This document shows, one piece after another, positions 44,555 to 59,835 of a stretch of DNA of 64,000 bases. Position 1 is the first letter of the stretch; every line of letters starts with the position of its first letter. The DNA comes from Octopus vulgaris (Eukaryota): NCBI GenBank assembly GCA_951406725.2, contig OX597830.1, positions 71,176,001 through 71,240,000 on the forward strand, in the 5' to 3' direction. The translations under genes were made by a program, and so were the position numbers. The notes below the pieces were generated by a model. The model had not been told where the DNA came from. It did not search any database and was given only the letters and a program-made list of their open reading frames with translations.

Positions 44555-44950
44555 TAACTATGATGCAACAAGATAGGTCTTCAGTGATTTTTTTCAACAG
44601 GTGTTTCGGGTTTTCAATATCAGATAGCCCCACACAAATAACTGAAGCTTGGTTGCTAAAACCCCGACTTGTGACCAGTTAGGTCGGCCCTTCATAGCAC
44701 TACCCTTTCTCGTCTCCAACCAGTTCAAAGCAACCTCTGCTGCTTTCACAACCAGCTTCATCCTCTTTTGCCTAATAGTTCCATCCATGCCAAGCATGTA
44801 GGGTACAACCAGCCAGCAAGCAATTTGCATCCAACTCTCGTGTAATCACATCTTGCTTGACCTGATCATGTCTTTGCCATAGCTCCACCAACACACCGAA
44901 TTTCTTCTCCTTACTCTCATTTATATCCTCGAAGTGGCTTCTTGGATACT
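44555..44950 (-). mobile_element. HERO-like (RLE-type) non-LTR retrotransposon 3' remnant
   Basis: EDINESKEKKFGVLVE and MLGMDGTIRQK..AAEVALNWL resemble the HERO C-terminus; UTR CTGATATTGAAAACCCGAAACACC..ATCACTGAAGA resembles HERO 3' UTRs (recalled). Confidence 0.6.
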
Positions 44951-46142
44951 TTTAAAAGGAGCATCATATTCGGTTTTAGTATTCCTGTACATATTAGGAA
45001 TTACACAGATACATGCGTAAATGTACGCACACGTACACACATACACGTGCACACACAGACAGACACAATAAATTCACACACACACACGCATACATAAAGC
45101 TACATAATTTGAATGTTGGTGTTCTGAATGCAGTAGAGCAATATACACGATTCCAAATTTATAGAGACATATCTTTATTTGGGAGAAGTAAAATATGACA
45201 TATTCTCTATTTTTGAGAAGTAAAAATGAGAAACTTAGCAAAAATTTTCATGATTCGTGATACCTAGAATAAGGGCTAAATAATGACACTGGACAGGACC
45301 TGAATAACCAAACATTTGATAGATGTTCTCATGCAAAAACATGTGATTGCCTTATTATAAATATAAGTAACTGATTGAAATAAACTAAAATACTTTCGAT
45401 AGTGTAGGTAAAGCATGATCAAATGAGAGATTTATGTAAAACTTTTAAAATTTTCCAAATATATCTGGCGTATTAGAAATTTGAAAATTATATTAAGGAA
45501 TTTGGAAAAAGATGTATCGAATTCCCATTTTGAGTGTCTATACTTAATAGTCTATATTTTATTCATTGCTAATCAGATTTAGCACCATTTCGTTCTTTTT
45601 AGAAATAATCAGTTTCATATAACATGAGATTTACTAATTAAACATTTTATAATCTAAAATTATTGAAATTCTCAAATTATTGAAAATTTCCTCTATATTT
45701 GAAAAAAATAAAAACTAATAATTGGAAGTACACTGGCTATTTTCAGGAAGATTCGAAGAGATATGGGTGAGAGATAACTCAAAGAGAATAAGAATCAAAT
45801 TCCAGAGTTAATCTCCAAGTTTGGAGCAAGGGCAGACGTGCTTTGGTTCTTTTAAACTCGTCAGCATAGTGAAGATTACAAAAGGCTGCAGATCGCTGAA
45901 TATCAATAAATAAATACATATATACAAATATGTAAGTGCGTGCATGTGTGTGAGCGACCGTGTGAGTATTCGCGTATTCTTTTATTATCTATCCAGAATA
46001 CCCTGGGTCATAACTACTTCAGAATGTCTTACTTCTCATTTGGTTTCTTTGGCAAATGGCACGCGGCAGTATTCTTCATTCGAAGTGGAAAATACATTCA
46101 AGAAACGCTATTTATCCTGTATAGTAATAAATATAACCTATA

Positions 46143-46450
46143 ACCACTGCGTGACACCTTGGGCGTGTGTCTTCTACTCTAGCCTCGGGCCGACCCAAGC
46201 CTTGTGAGTGTATTTGGTAGACGGAAACTGAAAGAAGCCCGTCATATATATATATATATATGCTTGTGTATCTGTGTTTGTCCCACCACCATAGCTTTGA
46301 CGACAGATGTTGGTGTGTTTACGTGCCCGTTATCTAGCGATTCGGCAAAATAGACCGATAGAATAAGTACTAAGCTTGGGGTCGATTTGTTCGACTAAAG
46401 GCGGTGCACCAGAATGGCTGCAGTCAAATGATTGATACAAATGAAAGAAT
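46143..46450 (+). mobile_element. SINE family A, 5'-truncated
   Basis: CCACTGCGTGACACCTTGGGC..CAGTCAAATGATTGATACAA. Confidence 0.9.
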
Positions 46451-46490
46451 ACATATATATATACATACATAGATATATGTATATATATAC

Positions 46491-46633
<143 letters not shown>

Positions 46634-46854
46634 TAAATAAATATATCTTCCTATATATATATATATGGATGTGTGTGTGTGTATATATAACAATATTCAA
46701 TACGAATGTGTGCGTGACAATGTGCTGTGTGTATAGGCATGTTTCAGTGAGTATAAATAACTTCAATTTAGTAGATTTATATTTAGCGTTTATGAAGCAC
46801 AATGATTATTAAACGCTTTATGTTATCTTTGTAAGGGAGCAGAGAGACAATAAA

Positions 46855-46898
<44 letters not shown>

Positions 46899-47008
46899 CA
46901 CAACACGCAACACATACACTGAGATGCTCATACTTACACGCATACAGTCATACTCACATACACAGATATATATATATATATATACATGCATACAATCCAT
47001 CCATCCAT

Positions 47009-47129
<121 letters not shown>

Positions 47130-47371
47130 GTATATATGTATGTATGTATATGTTTGTGTGTGTATGTGGGTGCTCTGATGTGTATGGAAATCATGTAAAA
47201 AAAAATTGCACTGAGACCAAGTATAAAACAAATATTTTATGTGGTTTATATAGCATGTCAGTCATATAGTGTAAATCATAAAACTATATAGTACCATAGT
47301 AAATATACTACACACACAGCCAGCATCACAATTCGTAGAGTATCTTACAGAGTCACGCATAAGTTATGGAT

Positions 47372-47637
47372 TGTATGTATGTACGTATGTATGTATGTAT
47401 GTATGTATGTATGTATGTATGTATGTATGTATGTATGTATGTATGTATGTATGTGTGTATGTATGTATGTATGTATGTATGTATGTATATGTGTGTATGT
47501 ATGTATGTATGTATGTATGTATGTATGTGTGTATGTATGTATGTGTGTGTATGTATGTATGTATGTATGTATGTATGTATGTATGTATGTATGTATGTGT
47601 GTATGTATGTATGTATATATATATGAATGTATGTATG

Positions 47638-47640
<3 letters not shown>
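47372..47640. repeat. (TATG)n microsatellite
   Basis: Direct reading. Confidence 0.97.
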
Positions 47641-47701
<61 letters not shown>

Positions 47702-47756
47702 TCATACATTCATATATATATATATATATATATATACATACTTATACACACATGTG

Positions 47757-48056
47757 AAGGCGCGTGTCTTAGTGGTTTGGGCATTTGACTCCAGACTGTA
47801 AGGTCGTAGGTTCAACTCTTGTCGACGCGTTGTGTCCTTGTGCAGGACACTTTATTTCACGTTGCTCCACTCCACTCAGCTGCAAAGGACCACCCTTGTC
47901 ACACTCTGTGTCACGCTGAATCTCCCTGAGAACTACGTTAGGGGCACACGTGTCTGTGGATTGCTCAGCCACTTGCACGTTAATTTCACGAGCTAGCTGT
48001 TCCGATGATCGTATCAGCTTGGAACCACGTCGTCGATGTAACCGACAGAGTGCTCT
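47757..48056 (+). mobile_element. tRNA-headed CORE-like SINE family E1
   Basis: Head GGCGCGTGTCTTAGTGG..GGTTCAACTC; core GTTGTGTCCTTG..CACTTTATTTCACGTTGCTCCA..CACTCAGCTG shared with 56748. Confidence 0.8.
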
Positions 48057-48080
48057 TTATACACACATACATATGTCTAA

Positions 48081-48168
<88 letters not shown>

Positions 48169-48410
48169 ATGTGCGTGCGTGTGTATGTATGTCCGCATGT
48201 CTGTGTTTGTCTTTCTGTATGTCTGCCTAAATACTTAGTAAATTTATTTAATACAGTAACTGAATGTAGAAAAAAATATCCGTTTTAGAATTTTATCCAC
48301 TGAAAATAGTTTGGTATAATAATTTCTTTCTTTAATCTTTCTTTAAAGTAAGTATTTATTTGCAGTTTTTTATGGAACACAGACACACAGACACACAATA
48401 AAAAACGCCG

Positions 48411-48441
<31 letters not shown>

Positions 48442-48580
48442 ACACGCTTATATTTATATATATATAATCTTATATATATATATATATATATATAAATATA
48501 TATATATATACAAGATTCGAAGAAAAGGGAGAGATCAACAGATACACATCAGTTTATTAACATAACGTCAATTTCAAATA

Positions 48581-48675
48581 ACCTACAATTGTTTCAACAT
48601 TCTTTTTTATTCAAATTAGAAATAATAAATTAAAGATGCATTTTGAATATAGTGAGTTGAATATTTCATCAGGGT
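48581..48675 (-). ncRNA. Type-I hammerhead motif with extended stem II
   Basis: ACC-CTGATGA-AATATTC..(TATTCAAA..TTTGAATA)..GAATGTT-GAAA-CAATTG-TA-GGT. Confidence 0.72.
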
Positions 48676-48966
48676 GAGGAATCGATACAGAAAGGAGTGA
48701 CCATGATCACTCGATCGATTATAATGTGTTCCCTTTTTTGCGTTGATCCCTCCATTTTCTTCTTATCATATACATAAATGAAAATATACCCATCTGCATC
48801 GATGAGAAACTAACATCATTTTAGTACTTCACCGATACATAGGATTAGCCGGTGAAACTTGGATGCCAACATCCCTTCATGAGGTATCTACATCCTCATA
48901 ATAACAAGTATATATATGCATATATATATATATGTATGTATATATATACATATATATGTATGTATA

Positions 48967-49064
<98 letters not shown>

Positions 49065-49066
49065 TA

Positions 49067-49100
<34 letters not shown>

Positions 49101-50028
49101 CATATATATATGCAGAATATATATGAATATAAAATATGTTTATATTCCTATAATGCATATCAAATTTATTCATATACTGTTATACGTGCCTGCATTTATA
49201 TGTGTGTATCTGCATGTAGGTGTATAGTAATTTTCGTTTTCTGTTTCTGTAATTATGCGTTATACATACATGTTTTAACATATGATGAGAATTAAATTTA
49301 CCCCATATCTATAGTCTAACAAAAAGTGTAAAAAAAAAAAAATCCCTGCGTTTTTCCCAGACTTGATGTTCAGATATTTAACCATATGATTTAATAATTA
49401 GAATTTGAACATGAATTATTGACCAAATTGGAATTTAAAAAAAACAACAAAAAACAAAATAAAATAAAACGAAATATAAGCAATTTTCTATAAAATAGAA
49501 TTATTGCTCTTGTAAAATATACATGGAATATTAATGTATCATAAAACAATAACTAGATAATATTTATTGGAATTGAAATAAATTGCACATGAAAAGGCAC
49601 TCTACGTTCGTATATGTAATGATAAGGTATGTGGTGAATTATATGGTATTTCCTTTTCTCTCAAGTGATATGTGCATATGTGTGTATGTTCATACCGTGT
49701 GTGCATGCGTATAAATACACAGTCACAGAAGCACACACAACACACAAGCACACACACACACACACAGACACACACACACAAACACACACAAGCACACAGA
49801 TATACATATATGTTTGTATATATGTGTGTGTTTATTTTTATATATGTATTAGGACTTCTTTAACAAAGACAACCACATGTTTCTTTTGTCCTGTACATCA
49901 TTATTGTATTAGCCACATTTGAGTTGTATTACATTATATATATATGTATGTCTGTATGCATATATATAAATGCATGTATATGTATGTATATACATCTATC
50001 TATATATATATATCCATATCTATATCTA

Positions 50029-50173
<145 letters not shown>

Positions 50174-50844
50174 GATGTATACATAAATATGCATACAAAA
50201 ACACACTTCTATATATATAACGTGATACAGTTCAAATATGGCTGATACAAAATTATACAAAAAATATTATTACAAGTAGCAGGCTATATTATATATCACT
50301 ACATATCACTACTGATATGTGATAAAGCCTGTCCAATTTACCTTCACGTGTTAGTAATCTTTATTTTTACTGTAAAGGTATTGGCAGATTTCCACATGTA
50401 ATATCCAGTGACAAAAGTTCCCCTGTATGATTGCCTATATAGAGATTTTATTCTCACTATACCCACACTCATACAAAGAACTTGTATAAGAAATTATGGG
50501 GGGATATGTACAGAGAACATGGAAATATGCGTATAACTAAAAGAACTATTACAGTATATATTTATACTTTAGTAAACGTACAAATAATAGACGACCAAAT
50601 ATTTGAATAGATTAGGATAAAATTTTTCAAGTTGTGACCTGTTTCTTGCCTGTAGAGACACAGTATATTTAATGCTACATCATTCAATTCCTACGATAGT
50701 AGTTTTTAAAACGGTTTTGATGAATAAAAACCTACGAGTGTATAAAAATTATGTATGCTTAATTTGAAAGAAAACTGGTAAATAAATGGAAATAAATATC
50801 AATTTATTATTATTATAGATACATACATACATATATATATATAA

Positions 50845-51057
50845 AGTTAATCCAAACATGAAAGCACAAAAAACACAACAACGCGAGGACGTGGAACAGA
50901 TATAGTATTAATAGACGCTCAGAAAAGAAGGAAAGAAATAGGATTTAACGTTTCGAGTGGAGCTCTTCGTCGAAAACATAGGAGAAGGAAAGATCCAGAG
51001 AAGAGAAGACAGAGGAAAAAAAAATCGCCAACGGTACACACGCGGTCACATTTTGAA
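50845..51057 (-). mobile_element. Family R element, full unit
   Basis: Same ends as 24421-24636; hammerhead-like motif at 50943-50977 with mutated core. Confidence 0.85.
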
Positions 51058-51059
51058 TA

Positions 51060-51096
<37 letters not shown>

Positions 51097-51200
51097 GTAT
51101 ATGTGTGTATGTATATATATGTATATAGAAAGTTAGAGAGCGAGAGAGAGGGAAAGAAAGAAAGAAAGATAGATTGATAGGTATGTATGTATGTATTGCA

Positions 51201-51395
51201 TTTTCTATTAAAGTTTGCAAGACGCAACGAAAATTTTAGGAAAATAAAAATAAGAACTAAGTGGAAATTTTACCGTGAGTGTGTTAAATTATAAGGCACA
51301 AAAAGAAAATGACACTCCCCAGACACAACAGAATATGCTTCAACACACTAATTCGCATAAAGAATCTTGCAAACGAAATCCCAAAACGAAAATAT
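51201..51395 (+). mobile_element. Family F element with decayed hammerhead-like motif
   Basis: TTTT-CTATTAA-AG-TTTGC-AAGAC-GCAAC-GAAA-ATTT-TA-GGAA (51201-51242); body matches 7495-7635. Confidence 0.6.
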
Positions 51396-51489
51396 TTTAA
51401 ATTAGTCATAAAGTACTCTTTACACGTTGTCTGAAATGTTTCATGCGAGAAATAAGTATTAAATTTTAAAGTACATTAAATTTGCTTTG

Positions 51490-51612
51490 TCGACTTTGCC
51501 TTTCATCCTTTCGTGGTCAATAAATTAGGTACCAGTGAAACACTGGGGTCAATGTAATCGACTAGTCCCCTCCCACCAAATATTAGGCCTTGTGCCTTCA
51601 GCTCAAAAAATT
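51490..51612 (+). mobile_element. SINE family B 3' half with (ATT)n tail
   Basis: GTCGACTTTGCCTTTCATCCTTTCG..GGCCTTGTGCC. Confidence 0.85.
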
Positions 51613-51616
51613 ATTA

Positions 51617-51674
<58 letters not shown>

Positions 51675-51675
<1 letters not shown>

Positions 51676-52185
51676 TTTCTTTTTTTCTTCTTTCAAATTT
51701 GCTTCCATTTCTTGCCGAGTGTCTTCCCGACTCCTAGGGCAAAGAAACTCATAGTATACATTGGTAGACCATTAAACTAAACTCACTAGTTCGTTCATTT
51801 TTTTTTTTAAGTTAAATTAAAATACATGGGTAGTAATAGTTCTCACATCGACAATGATCTTCTCAATACGTGTGATGTACCAGTTAAGACAATCTTTTGC
51901 ACTTCTTGCAGGGATGGTAAGCCAGGGATCGTTCTCATATAATTTTCGGTTCCCTTCTTGATCATTCCTAGTGCTCCTACGATCACTGGTATTGTAATCG
52001 CCTTGAGATGCCACATTTTCTCAATTTCAATGAGCAGGTCTTTATATTTTCTGAGATATTATGATCACAGGGGATGCTCATGTCGATCAATAAGCAAACT
52101 TTATTGTTTTGGTCTTTCACAACAATATCTGGTTTATTGGCTTTGATGGTTCGGTCTGTATGTACTGGAAAGTCCCACAGAATCG
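51675..52185 (-). mobile_element. Dong/R4-clade non-LTR retrotransposon 3' end (restriction-like endonuclease), 5'-truncated, in (TAA)n
   Basis: ILWDFPVHTDRTIKANKPDIVVKD..CLLIDMSIPCD..KYKDLLIEIEKMWHLKAITIPVIVGALG..HVLRRSLSM*; (TAA)n on both flanks. Confidence 0.88.
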
Positions 52186-52212
52186 ATTATTATTATTATT
52201 ATCATTATCATT

Positions 52213-52325
<113 letters not shown>

Positions 52326-52495
52326 TGCTACTGTTCTTTTTGTTGTTGTTGTTGTGGCTGAGCTATAAGAAATTTGCTCTCCAGCAACATATATCCGTGT
52401 TCAGTCATTCTGCATTTCCGACCGACCAAACTAAATTTGCAGTAGGAAACGGAAAGACGCCTATCGTACATACGTATATATATATATATATATAT

Positions 52496-52915
<420 letters not shown>

Positions 52916-52920
52916 ACATA

Positions 52921-53097
52921 TGCTCAGTGTTATGTAATCCGTCTTCACTTTCTGAGTTCAAATTCCGCCGAGGTTGTCTTTGCCTTTCATTCTTTCGGGA
53001 TCTATAAATTAAGTACCAGTCAAGTACTGGGTCCGATATGATCGATTTTCTCCCATCTCCGCAAATTTCAGGCCTTGTGCCAATAGTAGAAAGGATT
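52921..53097 (+). mobile_element. SINE family B followed by (CTT)n(ATT)n(AGT)n
   Basis: CTGAGTTCAAATTCCGCCGAGG..GGCCTTGTGCCAATAGTAGAAAGGATT. Confidence 0.85.
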
Positions 53098-53160
53098 CTT
53101 CTTCTTCTTCTTCTTCTTCTTCTTCTTCTTCTTCTTCTTCTTCTTCTTCTTCTTCTTCTT

Positions 53161-53230
<70 letters not shown>

Positions 53231-53338
53231 GTAGTAGTAGTAGTAGTAGTATTAGTATTCCTCTCCTTTTTCTTCTTTTTCTTTTTTCGTCTTCTTCTTC
53301 TTCTTCTTCTTCTTCTTCTTCTTCTTCTTCTTCTTCTT

Positions 53339-53886
53339 GAGTGAGAGAGCAGTGTATGCCATCAAAGTGGCATCGGGGTAAAATATACGAAGCCCAGTAT
53401 ACCCATCATGACTACCCGTCTGATAAAGGTACATCAGACACATGCATCACAACAATATGTGTGTGACATGATGATCTCATATCAAGATTAACAGCGCATG
53501 ACCTTGCAGGTGGGACCCAGTACACTATTCTTTAGGTCGAGTAGCCCATCCCGCTCAAAAGCTTACTGAATAAGTGTTGTTTAAGGATATTGAACGGAAC
53601 ACCTCTGTTTCCAGATGTAAATTATCCAAACCCCAAAGTATTCCTCTCAACACATAGCTGTGATGTTCCCCTACTACTTCTGCGCGTGATCAGGGATGAA
53701 AATATCGTCAACCACTAAGGGACATTTTCAAGTGGTTGAAGTCATACAACTGACAAGCAAATCTGTGGTATCGAGCAGAATATTTGCTGTGGCCCATCTT
53801 TTATACCAAGACAAAAATATGTACATAATAACACTTCCAATCAGTGAAGATAAGAAGCCATGAAAGCCACCACCTGATACTGCAGC
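53339..53886 (-). mobile_element. Unclassified interspersed repeat abutting a trinucleotide array (possible LINE 3' UTR)
   Basis: Sharp boundary to the microsatellite, higher GC and resemblance to a recalled octopus repeat; single copy in this window. Confidence 0.4.
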
Positions 53887-54104
53887 TTACAAGTCTTTAG
53901 AACGTCGAGCTTCAAACGCCTTGAGCTATTTCTCCTGTCTCTTTGCAGACTATGTTCAAATGTTACAAAGAGCAAATTTGCATTTCATTCTTTCTTGATC
54001 GACAAAAGAGTGATACTAGTTGTACAGAGGTATCGATGTAAATGATTAGCATCCGCTCGTTCACCTCGGCAAAAATTTTTTAAGCCTTCGTACCTGTTCT
54101 AGAA

Positions 54105-54242
54105 AGAGAGCTGGCAGAAACATCAGCTCGCTGCGTAATAAACCTAGAAGCGTTTTACCCATGTTCACGTTCAGAGTTCAAACTCAGCCGGGAACAATGA
54201 AATAAGTACCAGTTGAAGACTTGAATCGATATAATCGACTAG
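54105..54242 (+). mobile_element. SINE family B, decayed
   Basis: GAGCTGGCAGAA..GAGTTCAAA..ATAAGTACCAGTTG..GATATAATCGACT. Confidence 0.65.
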
Positions 54243-54273
54243 CAAGCATTCCCAATACTGCAGATCTTAGCAG

Positions 54274-54309
<36 letters not shown>

Positions 54310-54471
54310 TATATATATATGTATGCATGTATGTATGAGAGGGAAGTTAAAAAATATTGGTCATTACATATAATTCCTCTATTAGACCAAATTTGGCTTA
54401 CAGCTGTTTCCAGTATTCATTATAGATAGTGGTCTACAGATCAATTGAAGTAAGTTGAACGACCTGACAAA

Positions 54472-54544
<73 letters not shown>

Positions 54545-54565
54545 ATATATATATATATATATATA

Positions 54566-54906
54566 TGAATACACTGGACCTGGAGGGATTGCAATCCCAG
54601 AGGCACAATCAGTGCGTGACCTGGGTATTTACATGAGTGATGACGCAACCTTTCATGTACATGATGCTAAATTGGCAATGAAATGTAGACGGCTGGCCGG
54701 AAGGATTCTTAGAACCTTTACAACAAGAGACCAAGAAACCATGATGGTCCTCTGGAGGACACTTGTCCTTTGACTATTGCTCTCAGCTATGGTCACCATC
54801 CAGTGTCAAGTTGATCACATAAATCATGTAGCAACACCAAATGGCGGTGGCCCAGCATGGCCACAGCTCGTGAGCTGAAACTAGATAAGATAAAATAAAA
54901 TAAAAA
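54566..54906 (+). mobile_element. CR1-like LINE remnant: RT C-terminal segment fused to 3' UTR
   Basis: SVRDLGIYMSDDATFHVH..AGRILRTFTTRDQETMMVLWRTLVL/DYCSQLWSP, then the UTR shared with 29520 and 62043. Confidence 0.9.
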
Positions 54907-54941
<35 letters not shown>

Positions 54942-54943
54942 TG

Positions 54944-54977
<34 letters not shown>

Positions 54978-55099
54978 TGTATGTATGTATGTATGTTATA
55001 TGTATATGTACATATACATAGACACGCAGACACATGTATATGTATACATAAATATATATATGTATATATGTGTCTGTGTATATATATATATATTACTGT

Positions 55100-55351
55100 T
55101 TTGTTCTTTTACTTGTTTCAGTCATTTGACTGTGGCCATGCTGGAGCACCGCCTTTAGTCGAGCAAATCGACCCCAGGACTTATTCATTGTAAGCTTAGT
55201 ACTTATTCTATCGGTCTCTTTTGCCGAACTGCTAAGTTATGGGGACGTAAACACACCAGCATCGGTTGTCATGTGATGTTGTGGGGGACAAACACAGAAA
55301 CACAAGCATACACACACACACACACACACACACATACACACACACACACAT

Positions 55352-55391
<40 letters not shown>

Positions 55392-55555
55392 GATGGGCTT
55401 CTTTCAGTTTCCGTCTACCAAATCCTCTCACAAGGCTTTGGTTGGCCAGAGGCTATAGTAGAAGACACTTGCTCAAGGTGCCACGCAGTGGAACTGAACA
55501 CGGAACCATGTGGTTCGTAAGCAAGCTACTTACCACACAGCCACTCCTACGCCTC
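55100..55555 (-). mobile_element. SINE family A, full length
   Basis: Head-to-tail alignment. Confidence 0.95.
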
Positions 55556-55892
55556 TGGGCATATTCAAAGCAAGACATATACGTGCAGAAATACATGTAC
55601 ATTGAACACATTCCTTATACGAAACTACGATCGGAAGTGAAAATATAGAAAATCTTCTGCTTCTTTACTCATTTACTTATTCTGAAACAAGACGCAACCG
55701 GTGCTATGTAACGGTGATATTCAAAACAGTTCACTAAACAACAGTTATCCTTTTTGTGTGCACAAAAATACCTGATTTGTGCCAAAAACTGAAACAAGAT
55801 ACAGTAGAGTATATACATGGTTTGGCTTAGTCAATATATTAATAATATTTACAGTGACTTCGATCGGGATACGATATTGGAAAAACACTTGA

Positions 55893-55944
<52 letters not shown>

Positions 55945-55945
55945 G

Positions 55946-56184
55946 TATTCTTTTATTCTTTTACTTGTTTCAGTCATTTGACTGCGGCTGTGCTGCAGTA
56001 CCGTCTTTCAGCCGCAGAAATCGACCCCAGGACTTATTCTATGTAAGCCTGGTACTTATTCGATAAGTCACTTTCGCCGAACTGGTAGGTTACGGGTAAT
56101 TAACCACACCAACATCGCTGGAGAGCATGACAAACACTGACTCACACACATATATGTATATGAGTATATATTTGTGTATATATA

Positions 56185-56267
<83 letters not shown>

Positions 56268-56420
56268 GACGAGATTCTTTCAGGTTTCGTCTACGAAATC
56301 CACTCAAAAGGCTTTCGGCCCGAGGCTATAATTGAGGTCACTAGCCAAAGTGCAACGCAGTGAGACTGAACCCGGAACCATGTGGTTGGGAAGCAAACTT
56401 CTTACCACACAACCACGCCT
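55946..56420 (-). mobile_element. SINE family A
   Basis: Head-to-tail alignment; expanded internal (TA)n. Confidence 0.9.
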
Positions 56421-56606
56421 ATATTTATTAGTTCATTTCATTGAATTAGTAGAAAATTATAATTCTGTCGATCGCCTCATCAGCACGGTATTACATATTT
56501 CTATGTATTGAATGTATTACATAACATTGTATGATATATAAATTTTAAAGCAACCCATTCATTTGGAGTTCGTGAGTTCAATCTCATTTCTATTCGCACG
56601 TAAATC

Positions 56607-56647
<41 letters not shown>

Positions 56648-56747
56648 CGTGTGTGTGTGTGAAAATTATATATACATACATATATATGTATATATAAGTA
56701 TCTGTAAATTAAGATATATATACATATATATGCATATATATTTATGT

Positions 56748-57026
56748 GTCGGACCGGGCTGCGTGTTGTGTTCTTGAGCAAGGCACTTTATTTCACGTTG
56801 CTCCAGTTCACTCAGCTGTAGAAATGAGTTGCGACGTCACTGGTGCCAAGCTGTATCGACCTTTGTCTTTCCCTTGGATAACACTGGTGGCGTGGAGAGG
56901 GGAGGCTGGTATGCATGGGCGACTGCTGGTCTTCCATAAACAACCTTGCCCGGACTTGTGTCTAGGAGGGTAACTTTCTAGGTGCAATCCCATGGTCATT
57001 CATGACCGAAGGGGGTCTTTACCTTT
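56748..57026 (+). mobile_element. CORE-like SINE family E2, 5'-truncated
   Basis: Core shared with 47757; different body; TTTACCTTT tail. Confidence 0.75.
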
Positions 57027-57246
57027 ATATGTATGTACCCTGATTTGCATGTATGCATATGCATTTACACACATGTGTGTATATGTTTATCTGTATATAT
57101 GCACACACGTACACACATACACGCATATATATTGACCACTCCCCTAGGAAAGACAGTTTGTGCCCTGCCTACCCCCAAAAAGTCCCCCACCACCACCCCA
57201 TTAAATCTGCCTAAATGTATAAATGCCAAAACTATTCTTGACACCA

Positions 57247-57297
57247 AGCTTCCTGATGATTTCATTTGAATGAAACAGTTCTAGTCCTGTAGAAGCT
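57247..57297 (+). ncRNA. Type-I hammerhead ribozyme motif
   Basis: AGCTTC-CTGATGA-TTTCATTTGAAT-GAAA-CAG-TTCTAGTC-CTG-TA-GAAGCT: 6 bp stem I, intact core, GUA triplet. Confidence 0.82.
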
Positions 57298-57399
57298 CCT
57301 TCTATAAAATAAATTAAAATATGTATATATATATATATAAATATATATATAAATGTGTGTGTATATATATATCAAGTTACATATATATGTATATATATA

Positions 57400-57510
<111 letters not shown>

Positions 57511-57798
57511 CATAATTTACAAGATAAGGGCAGAAGAAAAATTCTAATGCCAAATATGCCGAAACAAAAAATTGTCGATAACCATTATAATTTATGCGTC
57601 TCGAAACAAGAGACAAATATATATACACACACACATTCATGCATATATGGTTGTATTTTGGGATTCTTATTTCTCCCCTTTGCCAAATAAACACACGCAC
57701 TATATATTTTTTCCTCAATCGTTTATTACTGTTCTTATATTATTATTTTAAATCATTGTCTGGATGTATGTGTGTTTGTGTGTGTATACATACATACA

Positions 57799-57859
<61 letters not shown>

Positions 57860-58151
57860 GTGAAAATATCACATGGTTTTATCATGATATCGAAACCGTA
57901 TTTCTGAATTCGGATTCACTTTGAACACTCACGGATATTAAAAAAACCCTTGTCTGACATGACAGCATTCGCTAATAGATTTATAAGTCTTCTAATAATA
58001 CCAAAAGCAACCGCTAAATGGTTTCGCAGTAAATTCTCAAAGGATTAGTGCCAGAGTTTAAGATTCGTGATTTAAGAGCGAAATGAAATAAATAACACAA
58101 GAAAAAGCGCCTTTAAACTAATGCACTTTTCTGAATTCCAGGACCTATATA

Positions 58152-58222
<71 letters not shown>

Positions 58223-58271
58223 CAATTTTATGTTTTGTTTTCATATATAAAGTTTTTAAGCTTATTAACAA

Positions 58272-58593
<322 letters not shown>

Positions 58594-58724
58594 AATTAAT
58601 AGAATTTTAAAATATTTTATATTTGTAATCGCTATTTTTAATAACATTCTCATAAAAACCTACACACATACATACTTAAGTACATGCATGCACACACTCA
58701 CACACGCACACACGTATATATATT

Positions 58725-58766
<42 letters not shown>

Positions 58767-59069
58767 GTATGTATATGTATACATATATATATTTATATCT
58801 ACATATTATAGTACATGCAAACATACACACACACATACATCTTATATAGATATATATTTATCATATGAATCAGAAATATATGTATTTCGGAATAGGATAT
58901 ATTAATTTCCAAATTAATGAAATCAGTGCGTGTTAATCAATTATTGGTGTTTTTAATATTATTGGACAGTTTCGCTTTCTGAAAAACTAACAGCTGCAGT
59001 TGTATTAATTAACTAGTGATTACATTTAAAATGAAAAATTACTAACTCTAACTACATATATATATAATT

Positions 59070-59495
59070 ATTATTTGAGGGAATATTAATCCTAACTTAC
59101 AGGGAAAAAAATTCAATCTAGAAAAAAACTAAATCAAATTTCACACAATAAATAATATGTAAAAAAAATTAGAAAAAAACACCTTTTATCAATTGAAAAT
59201 GAACAATTAAATTACACCATCTAGAAAATTACATTTAATAGAAATATAATAATGAAAATAACAATAAAATACCGATGATTAAGTAAATTGCAAATAAATA
59301 ATAAATAATATATAAATAACAAAAAATGATAAATATATACCATTATATACGTTTTTATTATTTTTTTGCAATTTAATTAATCATCGGTATATTATTGTTA
59401 TTTTAATTTTAATATTTCTAATATATGTAATTTTCTTGATGGTGTAATTTAATTGTGAATTTTGAATTGATAAAAGGTGTTTTTTCCTAATTTAT
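59070..59495. mobile_element. Family H element with ~140 bp inverted arms
   Basis: 59167-59305 mirrored by 59352-59492; left end matches 10915-11045. Confidence 0.75.
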
Positions 59496-59526
59496 ATTTA
59501 TATATACATATGTATACATACATATG

Positions 59527-59561
<35 letters not shown>

Positions 59562-59835
59562 AAATATGTGTATTTATTCTGTATATATACTACGTGGTCT
59601 AACAACCTTTATATATCAGCTCACAGTAAATACAAACGAAATACACTTTTATATAAAACCTATGTAAATAATTGTTAAACATAAACGAAAGTGCAATTTT
59701 GACATACGGAAAGCAGCAGTAAATCTCTTATTTCTAATCAGATTCTATTTAAATAACAATCCCATAAACAAGGATTTTTGACAGATTGCGAGTATCTAAT
59801 TTACAATGCATACATTTTCATGAAACCGAATAGAT

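Noticed and set aside
50270-50520. Decayed host C2H2 (HTGE/YHCD-like) fragments
   Set aside because: Similarities are short, on opposite strands and frameshifted; could be chance.
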